A DNA stretch of 64,000 nt from Pelagibacteraceae bacterium AG-337-G06 (lineage in GTDB: Bacteria > Pseudomonadota > Alphaproteobacteria > Pelagibacterales > AG-422-B15): assembly GCA_003282175.1 (NCBI GenBank), contig QBZX01000007.1, positions 4,144 through 68,143 of the forward strand, written 5' to 3'. Each line of letters opens with the position of its first letter. Positions within the stretch are counted from its first letter, which is position 1. The position numbers were made by a program, and so were the translations under genes. Below are positions 32,608 to 41,064 of the stretch, one piece after another. The notes beneath the pieces are model-generated. The model did not search any database and was not told the DNA's origin. It was given only the letters and a program-made list of their open reading frames with translations.

Positions 32608-33924
32608 TTATTCCCATGAAACTCGAGCAAAGGTTCTTGTTGAGCAGTAGATGATATCATTATTTAAACCGGGGGTTAAAAACATACCATTTGCTAACGG
32701 CGACTTAAGAGAAACTTTGCTTAAAATGTTGCCATTAGTAAAATCAATCACTACTAATCTATCGTCATTTTCTTCAAAACTATTAATAACAAGTTCTTTG
32801 CTTTCAGGAAACACAACAGGCTGCATTGTTGGACGGATATCATCAATTTTCCAGGAGAGATTTAATGCTTTTGCTGAGGTGTCAATGCCTGCTAAGCCTC
32901 CATTTATACTATCCCAACAAATACATACGTTATGTTCTGGTATGTTTACAGGTGGTGCTATAATGCCTCCTCCAGATTTTTCAAATGGCTCTATAAACTG
33001 AAACTCATTAGAATAAAGATCAAACTTATACAGTCTCTGTTTGCAACTCCATGGTGCACTTCTTCTCCAACTTAATTCCTTAGGCGCTTCATTAAACCTA
33101 CCATTAGGATGGGCTGAATATATTGCTCTTAATGAGTCTATATCACCATTATTCATTAGCCACATCGATCCATCTGAAATACACCCATCCCAAGATAGAC
33201 CCTGATTATCATCGGTTGAACGATAGGTTGGTGACCAGCTCTCATCCACTGAGAGCTTTTCTTCAACCCTGATTTTCCATATTTTTTCTATTCCAGGAAT
33301 ATAGATAAATTCACCATCATCATTTTTATCTGAGGCAATCCTTCCCATTGAACCTTCAGGCAATAAAAATGGTTCATGCATTAATTCCAGTTTGTCATTC
33401 AAACGCGTAATGGTTGATCTGCCCTGCCCCTCAAGGCGAAGGTCTTTGGTTACAATAGAACCATCAGACAAGACCAATAAACCGTTATGTGCTTGGTCAA
33501 TTGGAAGTTTTTTTTCAATGTCGACTTCACAATGACTGGTAATACTATGCATGTAATTGCCATTAACTTTAATAATTTTACCGTTTTGATGGGCAGCAAT
33601 CGCTCCGCACCAAACATGCTCGCCGCAGGGAAGTCGAGGTGTCTCATTAATAACTTCGAGAGTTTGAGGGTCAATTTTTTGAACCCAACCAAAAGGAGGT
33701 GGTCCAGTAAAACTTGGCATAGTGCCTCCAAGAAAAAGTTCTTCGCGCTCTCGAAAAATGGTCATAACATTCCATCTTTCGTTACGAATACTTTGTACAC
33801 GTGCTTGTTTATTTTTTACATCCAATCTTCCATTGACAGCTTTTTGTCTTCGGTTACCTCCACATTCTACTGGCCAATGAGATTTGTAATATCCTTCAAG
33901 TTTAACGTCACGATCTTTGCTCAT
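32608..33924 (-). CDS. Hypothetical 438-aa protein, probable beta-propeller
   Basis: Long clean ORF overlapping the GST stop (TAATG); beta-strand-rich repeats ending in W/D; no recognised family. Confidence 0.7.
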   Translation of the reverse strand: MSKDRDVKLEGYYKSHWPVECGGNRRQKAVNGRLDVKNKQARVQSIRNERWNVMTIFREREELFLGGTMPSFTGPPPFGWVQKIDPQTLEVINETPRLPCGEHVWCGAIAAHQNGKIIKVNGNYMHSITSHCEVDIEKKLPIDQAHNGLLVLSDGSIVTKDLRLEGQGRSTITRLNDKLELMHEPFLLPEGSMGRIASDKNDDGEFIYIPGIEKIWKIRVEEKLSVDESWSPTYRSTDDNQGLSWDGCISDGSMWLMNNGDIDSLRAIYSAHPNGRFNEAPKELSWRRSAPWSCKQRLYKFDLYSNEFQFIEPFEKSGGGIIAPPVNIPEHNVCICWDSINGGLAGIDTSAKALNLSWKIDDIRPTMQPVVFPESKELVINSFEENDDRLVVIDFTNGNILSKVSLKSPLANGMFLTPGLNNDIIYCSTRTFARVSWE

Positions 33925-34778
33925 TATTTTGGCATTAATGCCTTTATTGACCTTCCGTTAAGCGCTGTTGTTATTTTTGCATATTGCCTAATTAATTTTA
34001 GAATCAAAGGGTCGTTTACTTCCTTATTAAATTCATTTCGTGAATAAAGATCATGAAACCAAGTTGATACAAGTGGATATAATCTACGAAAAGGAAATCC
34101 AGATATATAAAGCCGGTAAGAGTAAATAAACCATGCAAGGTCTAGCAACGAAAGCTTATCGCCCATTAAATATTTTTGGTTAGTTAGACGGCTTTCAAAT
34201 TTGTCGTAACGCTCACAAAATTTAACCAATGACTGTTTTACAGCCTCATTTGTGATTCCTTCTTTATCGTAGGTTTCATAAAATTTAACCTCTTTCATCT
34301 TTAGTTTATCAAGTTCAGAATTAGATGATTTATAATTTTTGAATACTTCGAGTCCCTTCGAGCTCTTCTTGCCTAGGCCGCCGAACATATAACGATAAGC
34401 AATGTTTCTAATATCTTCATGAAGAACATCTTCATCTTTAAGAAGGGTATTCATATTTTCCTCTTCATGCTTGTCAAGTAAAGGATTTTGAGGGTATTTT
34501 TTTTCGAGATACATTAGTATGTCATTGCTTTCAATTTCAACATGTCCATCATCCACAAGTACTGGGATAAGCCCTTTAGGATTGATACCTAAAAACCATT
34601 CAGTATAATTTTTTCCTGTTGCTAGATTTACACTGTGCGAAGTCCAACTTATTTTTTTTAAATTAAGGTATATTCGAAGTTTCTGCGAACAAGAAGATGT
34701 TCTAAAATTGAGTAAGTGTAAACCCTTCCAGTCTAATATTTCTTTTGTTTTAATCTGCTCGCTTGGAATAGTTGTCAT
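33924..34778 (-). CDS. Glutathione S-transferase family protein (long, with Cys in the active-site loop)
   Basis: SSCSQKLR, INPKGLIPVL, IESNDILMYL, YLMGDKLSLLDLAW. Confidence 0.88.
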   Translation of the reverse strand: MTTIPSEQIKTKEILDWKGLHLLNFRTSSCSQKLRIYLNLKKISWTSHSVNLATGKNYTEWFLGINPKGLIPVLVDDGHVEIESNDILMYLEKKYPQNPLLDKHEEENMNTLLKDEDVLHEDIRNIAYRYMFGGLGKKSSKGLEVFKNYKSSNSELDKLKMKEVKFYETYDKEGITNEAVKQSLVKFCERYDKFESRLTNQKYLMGDKLSLLDLAWFIYSYRLYISGFPFRRLYPLVSTWFHDLYSRNEFNKEVNDPLILKLIRQYAKITTALNGRSIKALMPK

Positions 34779-34946
34779 TTATTTCTTCCCCTTGTTATTT
34801 TGTTTCGTAACTAAATAAGCTAGAATCAATATCACAGCTGTACCTGCCATCATCGATACATCGACTGATAAACCAAAACCCATGAGTATGAAGCCTATTA
34901 ATGCACCAATGAAAAATACTCCAAGTATTTGCAGCACATTCTTCAT
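34779..34946 (-). CDS. 55-aa two-TM small membrane protein (missed by the track)
   Basis: MKNVLQILGVFFIGALIGFILMGFGLSVDVSMMAGTAVILILAYLVTKQNNKGKK*; fills the gap with a 9-bp spacer after BT1 and a stop abutting the GST ATG; basic tail. Confidence 0.75.
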   Translation of the reverse strand: MKNVLQILGVFFIGALIGFILMGFGLSVDVSMMAGTAVILILAYLVTKQNNKGKK

Positions 34947-34955
34947 AAATTAATA

Positions 34956-36560
34956 TTACTCATTTGTTTTTAATTTTGTTCTCTGAATAATTATAACAGA
35001 AATTATTGGGACCAAAAGGGTGAGTAGTGTTACCACAATAAGTAAAATGCCTAATTCAGAATAATCTGCAACTGAAAGAATTTCATTTGTAATTTTATCC
35101 TTTACTTCTCTCGTGACCTCATAAGTTTGATTGAGGTATTTAGTGAGTAATGAACTTGCAGATAGAGCAAGATTGGTAAAGGAAGCGAATACTGCAAAAA
35201 ATGTAGCTTTGAGATGAGTGGGTGCATTTCTTGCGATCCAAGCAAGTAAGGGTATCATCGACACTTGTCCCAAAGGTGACTCAAGTGCAGTATTAAAAAT
35301 AGCTATGAATCTTGCATCAACCACATCATTGGTTAAAGAAGCTGTCCATTGATGAAATCCATAGTACATACCCACACTTGGCAAAAATAGAACTGCGCCA
35401 GCAATAGACAGAATGACTATAATTTTTGCAATCGAATTATTTACCATAAACGGTCTTAAAACAATAATTCCCAACAAAGTTAGAAATGATGCAAGTAATG
35501 AAAGAACTGAAAAAAATTGCTCATCAAAACCTAGATTGTCTATTTCAAACCAAGTTAAACCTGCCCCAGGACCTGGCATAGCTCTAAAAATAAATATAAT
35601 GATTGCAGTGCCTAAAATAGTTAGTCGCATAGTCTCGGGGAGCTCATGCATAAGCTTAGCCATCAAAAAGAAAATAATACTAACAGATCCAATAAAGACG
35701 ATTTCTTGAGCAAAGGGTAGGTTAAATCCACCTACACCTAGGGTGAATATGACAAAAACAAATGAACCCCCAAGTATCCACCAATCAACTTTTGTTTTCT
35801 CACTTTCTATCTTCTCTTCAACACCTACATTTGATAATTTATTTTTTCGAATATTTTTAAGATAAATTGATAGAAATACACCAAGTACTGAGATTAAAGG
35901 GATAATCAATGCAAAGAGATATATATTTGCATAGAGCAGTATTTTTTCTTGCTCAGTTTCAGCTTCAACACTACTGAAAATGATTACATTAATCAGAGCA
36001 ACAACAACTGTTCCTCCAATAATTGCAAATCTTCCCAATGTTTGCATTGTGGTATGCATATTTTTTATTAATTCAGGTGAATAAAGTTTACCTTCTTCAT
36101 CAAAACTTGGAACCGCTTCAACAGTCATAGCATCAGCTACAACGTCTTGTACAACATATCCAATAGGCGCTAGCAATACACTGATCACATACCAGGTTTC
36201 AATATGGAGGAATTCCGACATAAAGCTTGTATGGGCAATAAGGCCATACATAATAGCCAAGCTTATGGCAATTAATGAAGCCCCTATGTATACAAGGTAA
36301 TTTTTTCGATCCCAAATCAAATCAACTAAATGACCTAATGGCATTTTTAAAGCCCATGGAATTCCGGCCCAGAAGCCAAGGCCTGCAAGAAATGCAGCAG
36401 ATAAATTGAGATAGTCTTTGACAAAAAAAGTTCCAACTATTCCCGTCAATCCTGCAACACCGGCAGCTAAGTAAATCATGAGTGGTGGCAAGTAACTTAG
36501 TTTAAACTGTCTTCCTAAATCTATAAATGTACTGTCTATGAAATGATATAACTTACTCAT
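34956..36560 (-). CDS. Folate/biopterin transporter (BT1/FBT family, MFS)
   Basis: IPWALKMPLGHLVD, QDVVADAMTVE, ATFFAVFASFTNL; about 12 TM. Confidence 0.8.
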   Translation of the reverse strand: MSKLYHFIDSTFIDLGRQFKLSYLPPLMIYLAAGVAGLTGIVGTFFVKDYLNLSAAFLAGLGFWAGIPWALKMPLGHLVDLIWDRKNYLVYIGASLIAISLAIMYGLIAHTSFMSEFLHIETWYVISVLLAPIGYVVQDVVADAMTVEAVPSFDEEGKLYSPELIKNMHTTMQTLGRFAIIGGTVVVALINVIIFSSVEAETEQEKILLYANIYLFALIIPLISVLGVFLSIYLKNIRKNKLSNVGVEEKIESEKTKVDWWILGGSFVFVIFTLGVGGFNLPFAQEIVFIGSVSIIFFLMAKLMHELPETMRLTILGTAIIIFIFRAMPGPGAGLTWFEIDNLGFDEQFFSVLSLLASFLTLLGIIVLRPFMVNNSIAKIIVILSIAGAVLFLPSVGMYYGFHQWTASLTNDVVDARFIAIFNTALESPLGQVSMIPLLAWIARNAPTHLKATFFAVFASFTNLALSASSLLTKYLNQTYEVTREVKDKITNEILSVADYSELGILLIVVTLLTLLVPIISVIIIQRTKLKTNE

Positions 36561-36576
36561 GATAGAATTATATATT

Positions 36577-37137
36577 TTAAATTTTTTCTAACAACTGACT
36601 GTTATTATTTTTTGGACTGTTTATTTGTTTAGATATCTCATAAAAATCAACTTGATTATCTTTTTTTCTTTCTATTTGATGCACACCTGACAGCCATTCA
36701 CCTATCTGTTTTTCCTCTAACAATAGTGGCTGACGATGATGAACTTCGGTAATCTTTTGAGATGATTGACAAGTTACCACCGCACATCCACTTGTTAAAT
36801 TATAAATTCCAGCAAAAAAAATGAGCTCATTTTTTATTAAGTGAAAAAAAGGTTTTTTTTCGTTTTCTAATCTTTGCCATTCAATCCATCCATTCGCTAT
36901 AAAAACACATCTCATAGAACCTTTAAAAGATGGCTTTTCAAGTAATGTTTCATGGCGACAATTAATAAGGTTCATATCTTCTTTCCATTTTGGAGAATAA
37001 GACCACTTAATCATTTCAGGATTTGGTTTTAGTACCAGAACATCTTGTGATGGTGTAATATTGTATGATGCTGATACTTTAGTTTTAAATTTTTTTTCAA
37101 CTGCTTCAGTATCTGAAAGTACGTAACGTCCACACAT
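36577..37137 (-). CDS. SOS response-associated peptidase (SRAP, YedK/HMCES)
   Basis: N-terminal MCGRY (catalytic Cys2), YNITPSQ, NCRHET, WIEW, HHRQP. Confidence 0.9.
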   Translation of the reverse strand: MCGRYVLSDTEAVEKKFKTKVSASYNITPSQDVLVLKPNPEMIKWSYSPKWKEDMNLINCRHETLLEKPSFKGSMRCVFIANGWIEWQRLENEKKPFFHLIKNELIFFAGIYNLTSGCAVVTCQSSQKITEVHHRQPLLLEEKQIGEWLSGVHQIERKKDNQVDFYEISKQINSPKNNNSQLLEKI

Positions 37138-37664
37138 CAGACTAACAAGTCATTGATTAATTTTAATCTGTCTTGAGATTTTTTACTTGAGGGGATAATT
37201 TCTAAAATTCGTTTATAAGTTGCTGCGGCACTGATAAGGTCATCTTTAATTAAGTAAATTTCAGCTAAACCGTCAAGTGCGCCAAAATGACGAGGCTCTA
37301 GATATAACGTTTTTTCAATATCTGATATCGATTTATTTAATTCACCTTTTAAAAAATAAACAGTGGCTCTCTTGTTCCACCCTTCGGCAAATTCTGGGCT
37401 TTGATCAACAACTTTTGAAAATAATTCAATTGCACTATCTAATTCTCCAACATCCATGAATTGATTAGCTTCATCAAATAAAATCTGCGTTTCTTGATTA
37501 TCGGCTATAGACCATATATCCCATATACTAAACAGAAGCTTACTGGCTTCCATATTATTAGTACTTAAAAATAATTTATCAAAAAGCTCAATCAAGCGAT
37601 CATCTTTTTGATCTGCATGAGCAAAATTTGAAAAGAGAATTATAAGAATGATTAATCTCTTCAA
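37137..37664 (-). CDS. Exported tetratricopeptide repeat protein
   Basis: Signal peptide; AEGWNKRAT and LEPRHFGALDGL TPR motifs. Confidence 0.85.
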   Translation of the reverse strand: MKRLIILIILFSNFAHADQKDDRLIELFDKLFLSTNNMEASKLLFSIWDIWSIADNQETQILFDEANQFMDVGELDSAIELFSKVVDQSPEFAEGWNKRATVYFLKGELNKSISDIEKTLYLEPRHFGALDGLAEIYLIKDDLISAAATYKRILEIIPSSKKSQDRLKLINDLLV

Positions 37665-38977
37665 TTTAGATCACTCCAATATTCTTGGTATTTTTTACTT
37701 TTGGCAGAATCTTCTCTAAAATGATCAAATAAAGCTTTTGTTAAACTAAGCTTATTATCAACTTCTTCACCGTTAGCCATTTTCAAAATTTGTCGATAGC
37801 ACCAATATACTTGAGCTGCTTTATTATTAGACCTCATCAATGCAATCGGACTGTTGAGGCCAAATATCCAAGGTCCAAATTGAAGAATATTCTCATAAAG
37901 TGTAGCTGACTTTTTTTCTCCACTTATCAATTCATTAATAATTTCAGGTTCGGAGCATAAAGGTCTCCCAAGACCTATAACATCACAGGCTCCACTGTTT
38001 AGTGCGCTATTCATTCCATCAGTAGTGCGAAAACCTCCGGTTACGGCAAGAGGAATTGAAAGAAACTTTTTGATTTCCTCTGCATATTTTAAAAAATAAG
38101 CCTCTCTTACAACTGTACTTCTTTGAGGTTTTATTGTTTTCATTTTTTTTAGGTTAAAAGAATCAATCTCTAAAGCTGCAAAATTTTCATATGTACCTCC
38201 AGAAATCTCAAGCAAATCCAATGAGGTTAAATTAAGTAGTTTGGCAACTTCAATACTTTCTTCATGGGTAAAACCACCTTTTTGAAAATCTGATGAATTT
38301 AATTTTATAGATATTGGAAAGCTATTTCCAACTTTTGCCCTTATCCCATCAATAATACTAATCAATAATCTTGACCTATTTTCTATACTTCCACCCCATT
38401 GATCAGTTCTATTATTTATATTTGGTGACAAAAATTCTGATAATAAATATCCATGCGCTGAATGTAGTTGCACTCCAGTAAAACCAGTTTGTTTTGCAAT
38501 TTCGGCAGCATTAATAAATCTATCAATGATATCTAGAATTTGAGTATGTGAGAGTTCCTCAGGTACCCCAAACTTCAAAACTCCACCTAAAGTCGGCATA
38601 GGTTTGACTGAAGGTGCTACTGATTTTTTATTGATAGAAAATGGAGTTTGACGCCCTGCGTGACTGAGCTGCATCCATAACTGGGTATTATTCTGTTTTC
38701 CAGCCTGAGACCAATTTGCTAATGCTGCTAAGCTTTCATTCGTTTGTGTCCCTTCTATAACAACATTTCCAGCACGCTCAATGTACCGATGGTCTATTTG
38801 TACATTGCCAGTAATTGAAATTCCTGTACCCCCTTTTGCCCAGCGTTCATATAGTTTTATATGACGTTTGTTTGATAACGCATCACTATTTGCAATGCCC
38901 TCAGTCATTGCAGATTTTAAAAATCTATTTTTTATCTCTACACCGCAAGGAAGTTGCAATTTTTTATCAATTTTCAT
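37661..38977 (-). CDS. NADH:flavin oxidoreductase (Old Yellow Enzyme family)
   Basis: NRFLKSAMTE, QLSHAGRQ, HSAHGYLLSEFLSP, RTDQWGGS, TGGFR. Confidence 0.92.
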   Translation of the reverse strand: MKIDKKLQLPCGVEIKNRFLKSAMTEGIANSDALSNKRHIKLYERWAKGGTGISITGNVQIDHRYIERAGNVVIEGTQTNESLAALANWSQAGKQNNTQLWMQLSHAGRQTPFSINKKSVAPSVKPMPTLGGVLKFGVPEELSHTQILDIIDRFINAAEIAKQTGFTGVQLHSAHGYLLSEFLSPNINNRTDQWGGSIENRSRLLISIIDGIRAKVGNSFPISIKLNSSDFQKGGFTHEESIEVAKLLNLTSLDLLEISGGTYENFAALEIDSFNLKKMKTIKPQRSTVVREAYFLKYAEEIKKFLSIPLAVTGGFRTTDGMNSALNSGACDVIGLGRPLCSEPEIINELISGEKKSATLYENILQFGPWIFGLNSPIALMRSNNKAAQVYWCYRQILKMANGEEVDNKLSLTKALFDHFREDSAKSKKYQEYWSDLN

Positions 38978-39627
38978 AATTTCTTAAGTACAACTTTATA
39001 TAATTTTCTCGGAAACTTTCCCTCAATAAAATCATCAATTTTTATTAATTCGAACCCATTTAGAAGCATCTTTATTTTTTCTATCGAAAAAAAATGTACA
39101 ATAAATCCATCATTTTCATATAAATCCTCATCTCTATGAATGCCATTTTTGTAATCACCGTCCAATGTATTACGTACAGTAAAAATATTTATACCTCCTT
39201 TTTTTAATATTCTTAAAACTTCGTTATTTAAAGATATAATCTCATTCATCGAAAATGCCATGCAGTAAAGCATGTGTGAATAACATGCTTCAAAGGATTC
39301 ATTATTGTAAGGTAAGGGCAATCTCATATCATGAACCTTAGGTGTAATAAGATTTTCTAAACGATTCATTCTACTTTTTTCACTTATGTCATTAATTGCT
39401 TTTTTACTGTAATCTAAAGAGTCAATTTTGAAACCTTGTTTAGCGAAATATAAAGTATCACGGCCCTGGCCAGCTCCTATTTCTAAAACTTTATTAATTT
39501 TATGGGATTTGAATATTTTTGAAGATTTGATAGCAGCTATACTGGGATCTATTCCAAACATCTCAGGCTTATTTAGGAAATTATTCTCCCAATGCTGAGA
39601 TTGTTTGGATAAGAGTTTACTATCCAA
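38974..39627 (-). CDS. Class I SAM-dependent methyltransferase
   Basis: VLEIGAGQGRD motif I, LDYS, HDMR, LKKGG. Confidence 0.85.
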   Translation of the reverse strand: MDSKLLSKQSQHWENNFLNKPEMFGIDPSIAAIKSSKIFKSHKINKVLEIGAGQGRDTLYFAKQGFKIDSLDYSKKAINDISEKSRMNRLENLITPKVHDMRLPLPYNNESFEACYSHMLYCMAFSMNEIISLNNEVLRILKKGGINIFTVRNTLDGDYKNGIHRDEDLYENDGFIVHFFSIEKIKMLLNGFELIKIDDFIEGKFPRKLYKVVLKKL

Positions 39628-39628
39628 T

Positions 39629-40291
39629 TTATTTCGAAGGATCAGGTACCTTGCGTAAATAAGGTTTTACAGTTTCCCATCCATCAGGGTATATTTTTTC
39701 TGCATCCTCATTTTTAACTGCTGGAAGTATTACAACATCTTCACCTTTTTTCCAGTTAGCTGGAGTTGCAACTTTATGATTAGCGGTAAGCTGCATAGAA
39801 TCAATTGCACGCAAAATTTCATGAAAATTTCTTCCTGTAGCCATTGGATATGTTAGATATAGGCCAATTCTTTTGTCTGGCCTTACAACAAATATTGTCC
39901 GAACAGTTTCATTGTCTACGGCAGTTCTTCCCATTGATGATGTGCCAGCATCGCCTTCAAGCATATTAAAAAGCTTAGCAACTTTTAAATCTTCATCAGC
40001 AATTATTGGATAAGTTGGCCTTATACCTGAAACATCCTTAATATCATCTAACCATTTTATATGGTCTTCAACACCATCGACGCTCAGTCCAATCACTTTT
40101 ACATTTCTTTTATCAAATTCATCTTTCATTCCAGCTAATACTCCTAGTTCCGTAGTACAAACAGGTGTGAAATCTTTAGGATGAGAAAATAATACTCCCC
40201 AACTATCACCTAGCCATTCATGAAAAGATATATCTCCTTCTGAAGTCTTAGCTTCAAAATCTGGACACATACTATTAATTTTTAAAGTCAT
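39629..40291 (-). CDS. 1-Cys peroxiredoxin (Prx6 class)
   Basis: LFSHPKDFTPVCTTE, YPMATGRNF, VATPANW; SD AAGGGG. Confidence 0.95.
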   Translation of the reverse strand: MTLKINSMCPDFEAKTSEGDISFHEWLGDSWGVLFSHPKDFTPVCTTELGVLAGMKDEFDKRNVKVIGLSVDGVEDHIKWLDDIKDVSGIRPTYPIIADEDLKVAKLFNMLEGDAGTSSMGRTAVDNETVRTIFVVRPDKRIGLYLTYPMATGRNFHEILRAIDSMQLTANHKVATPANWKKGEDVVILPAVKNEDAEKIYPDGWETVKPYLRKVPDPSK

Positions 40292-40318
40292 TTAATTCCC
40301 CTTTATTAATTTAGAATT

Positions 40319-40359
40319 ATTATAAACAAGATTGCTTTCTGTTCAAATTTTTATAAGAT
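40319..40359. promoter_or_regulatory. Overlapping divergent sigma70-like promoters for the peroxiredoxin and persulfide dioxygenase genes
   Basis: Minus strand TTGAAC-N16-TATAAT (40346 to 40319); plus strand TTGCTT-N16-TAAGAT (40332-40359). Read by eye in AT-rich DNA. Confidence 0.4.
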
Positions 40360-40370
40360 GTTGATTCAAA

Positions 40371-41060
40371 ATGATTTTTAAACAACTTTTTGACGAGAAA
40401 TCATCTACCTACACGTATATCGTTGCCAGTGGTAAGGGCCGCGAGGCTTTAATCATTGATCCAGTAATTGAACATACTTACATTTATACTGATTTATTAA
40501 ATGATTTAGACTTAAGGCTCGTGACAGTTATCGATACCCATATTCATGCTGATCATATTTCTGCGATGGCGGAATTAAAAGAAAGAACAAATTGCCAAAC
40601 AGTTATGGGAGAATATTCAAAATCAGAGGTGGTTAACTTAAAAGTAAAGGACAATGATAAAATAATTATTGATGGAATTAATTTAGAAGCTCTTTATACA
40701 CCAGGACATACGGATGACTCATATTGCTTTTTAATGAACGACCGTATTTTTACTGGTGATACACTTTTAATAAATGGCACCGGTAGAACTGATTTCCAAA
40801 ATGGAAGTGCTAGCGAAGCTTATGACTCGCTCTTTAATAAAGTTTTAAAATTACCTGAAGAGACCTTAGTTTACCCAGCACACGATTATAAGGGTAAGCA
40901 ATTTTCAACAATCGGTAGAGAAAAGAAAAATAATCCAAGACTTCAAGTGAATTCAGCAGCTGAATATGCCGAAATTATGGATAATCTTAATTTAGCTAAT
41001 CCAAAAATGATGGATGTTGCAGTTCCAGCAAACTTAAAAGGTCAAATCCTCAAAACTTGA
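40371..41060 (+). CDS. Persulfide dioxygenase (ETHE1-like metallo-beta-lactamase fold)
   Basis: QLFDEKSSTYTY, THIHADH, TPGHT, GRTDFQNG, HDYKG, VAVPANL. Confidence 0.9.
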   Translation: MIFKQLFDEKSSTYTYIVASGKGREALIIDPVIEHTYIYTDLLNDLDLRLVTVIDTHIHADHISAMAELKERTNCQTVMGEYSKSEVVNLKVKDNDKIIIDGINLEALYTPGHTDDSYCFLMNDRIFTGDTLLINGTGRTDFQNGSASEAYDSLFNKVLKLPEETLVYPAHDYKGKQFSTIGREKKNNPRLQVNSAAEYAEIMDNLNLANPKMMDVAVPANLKGQILKT

Positions 41061-41064
41061 AAGA

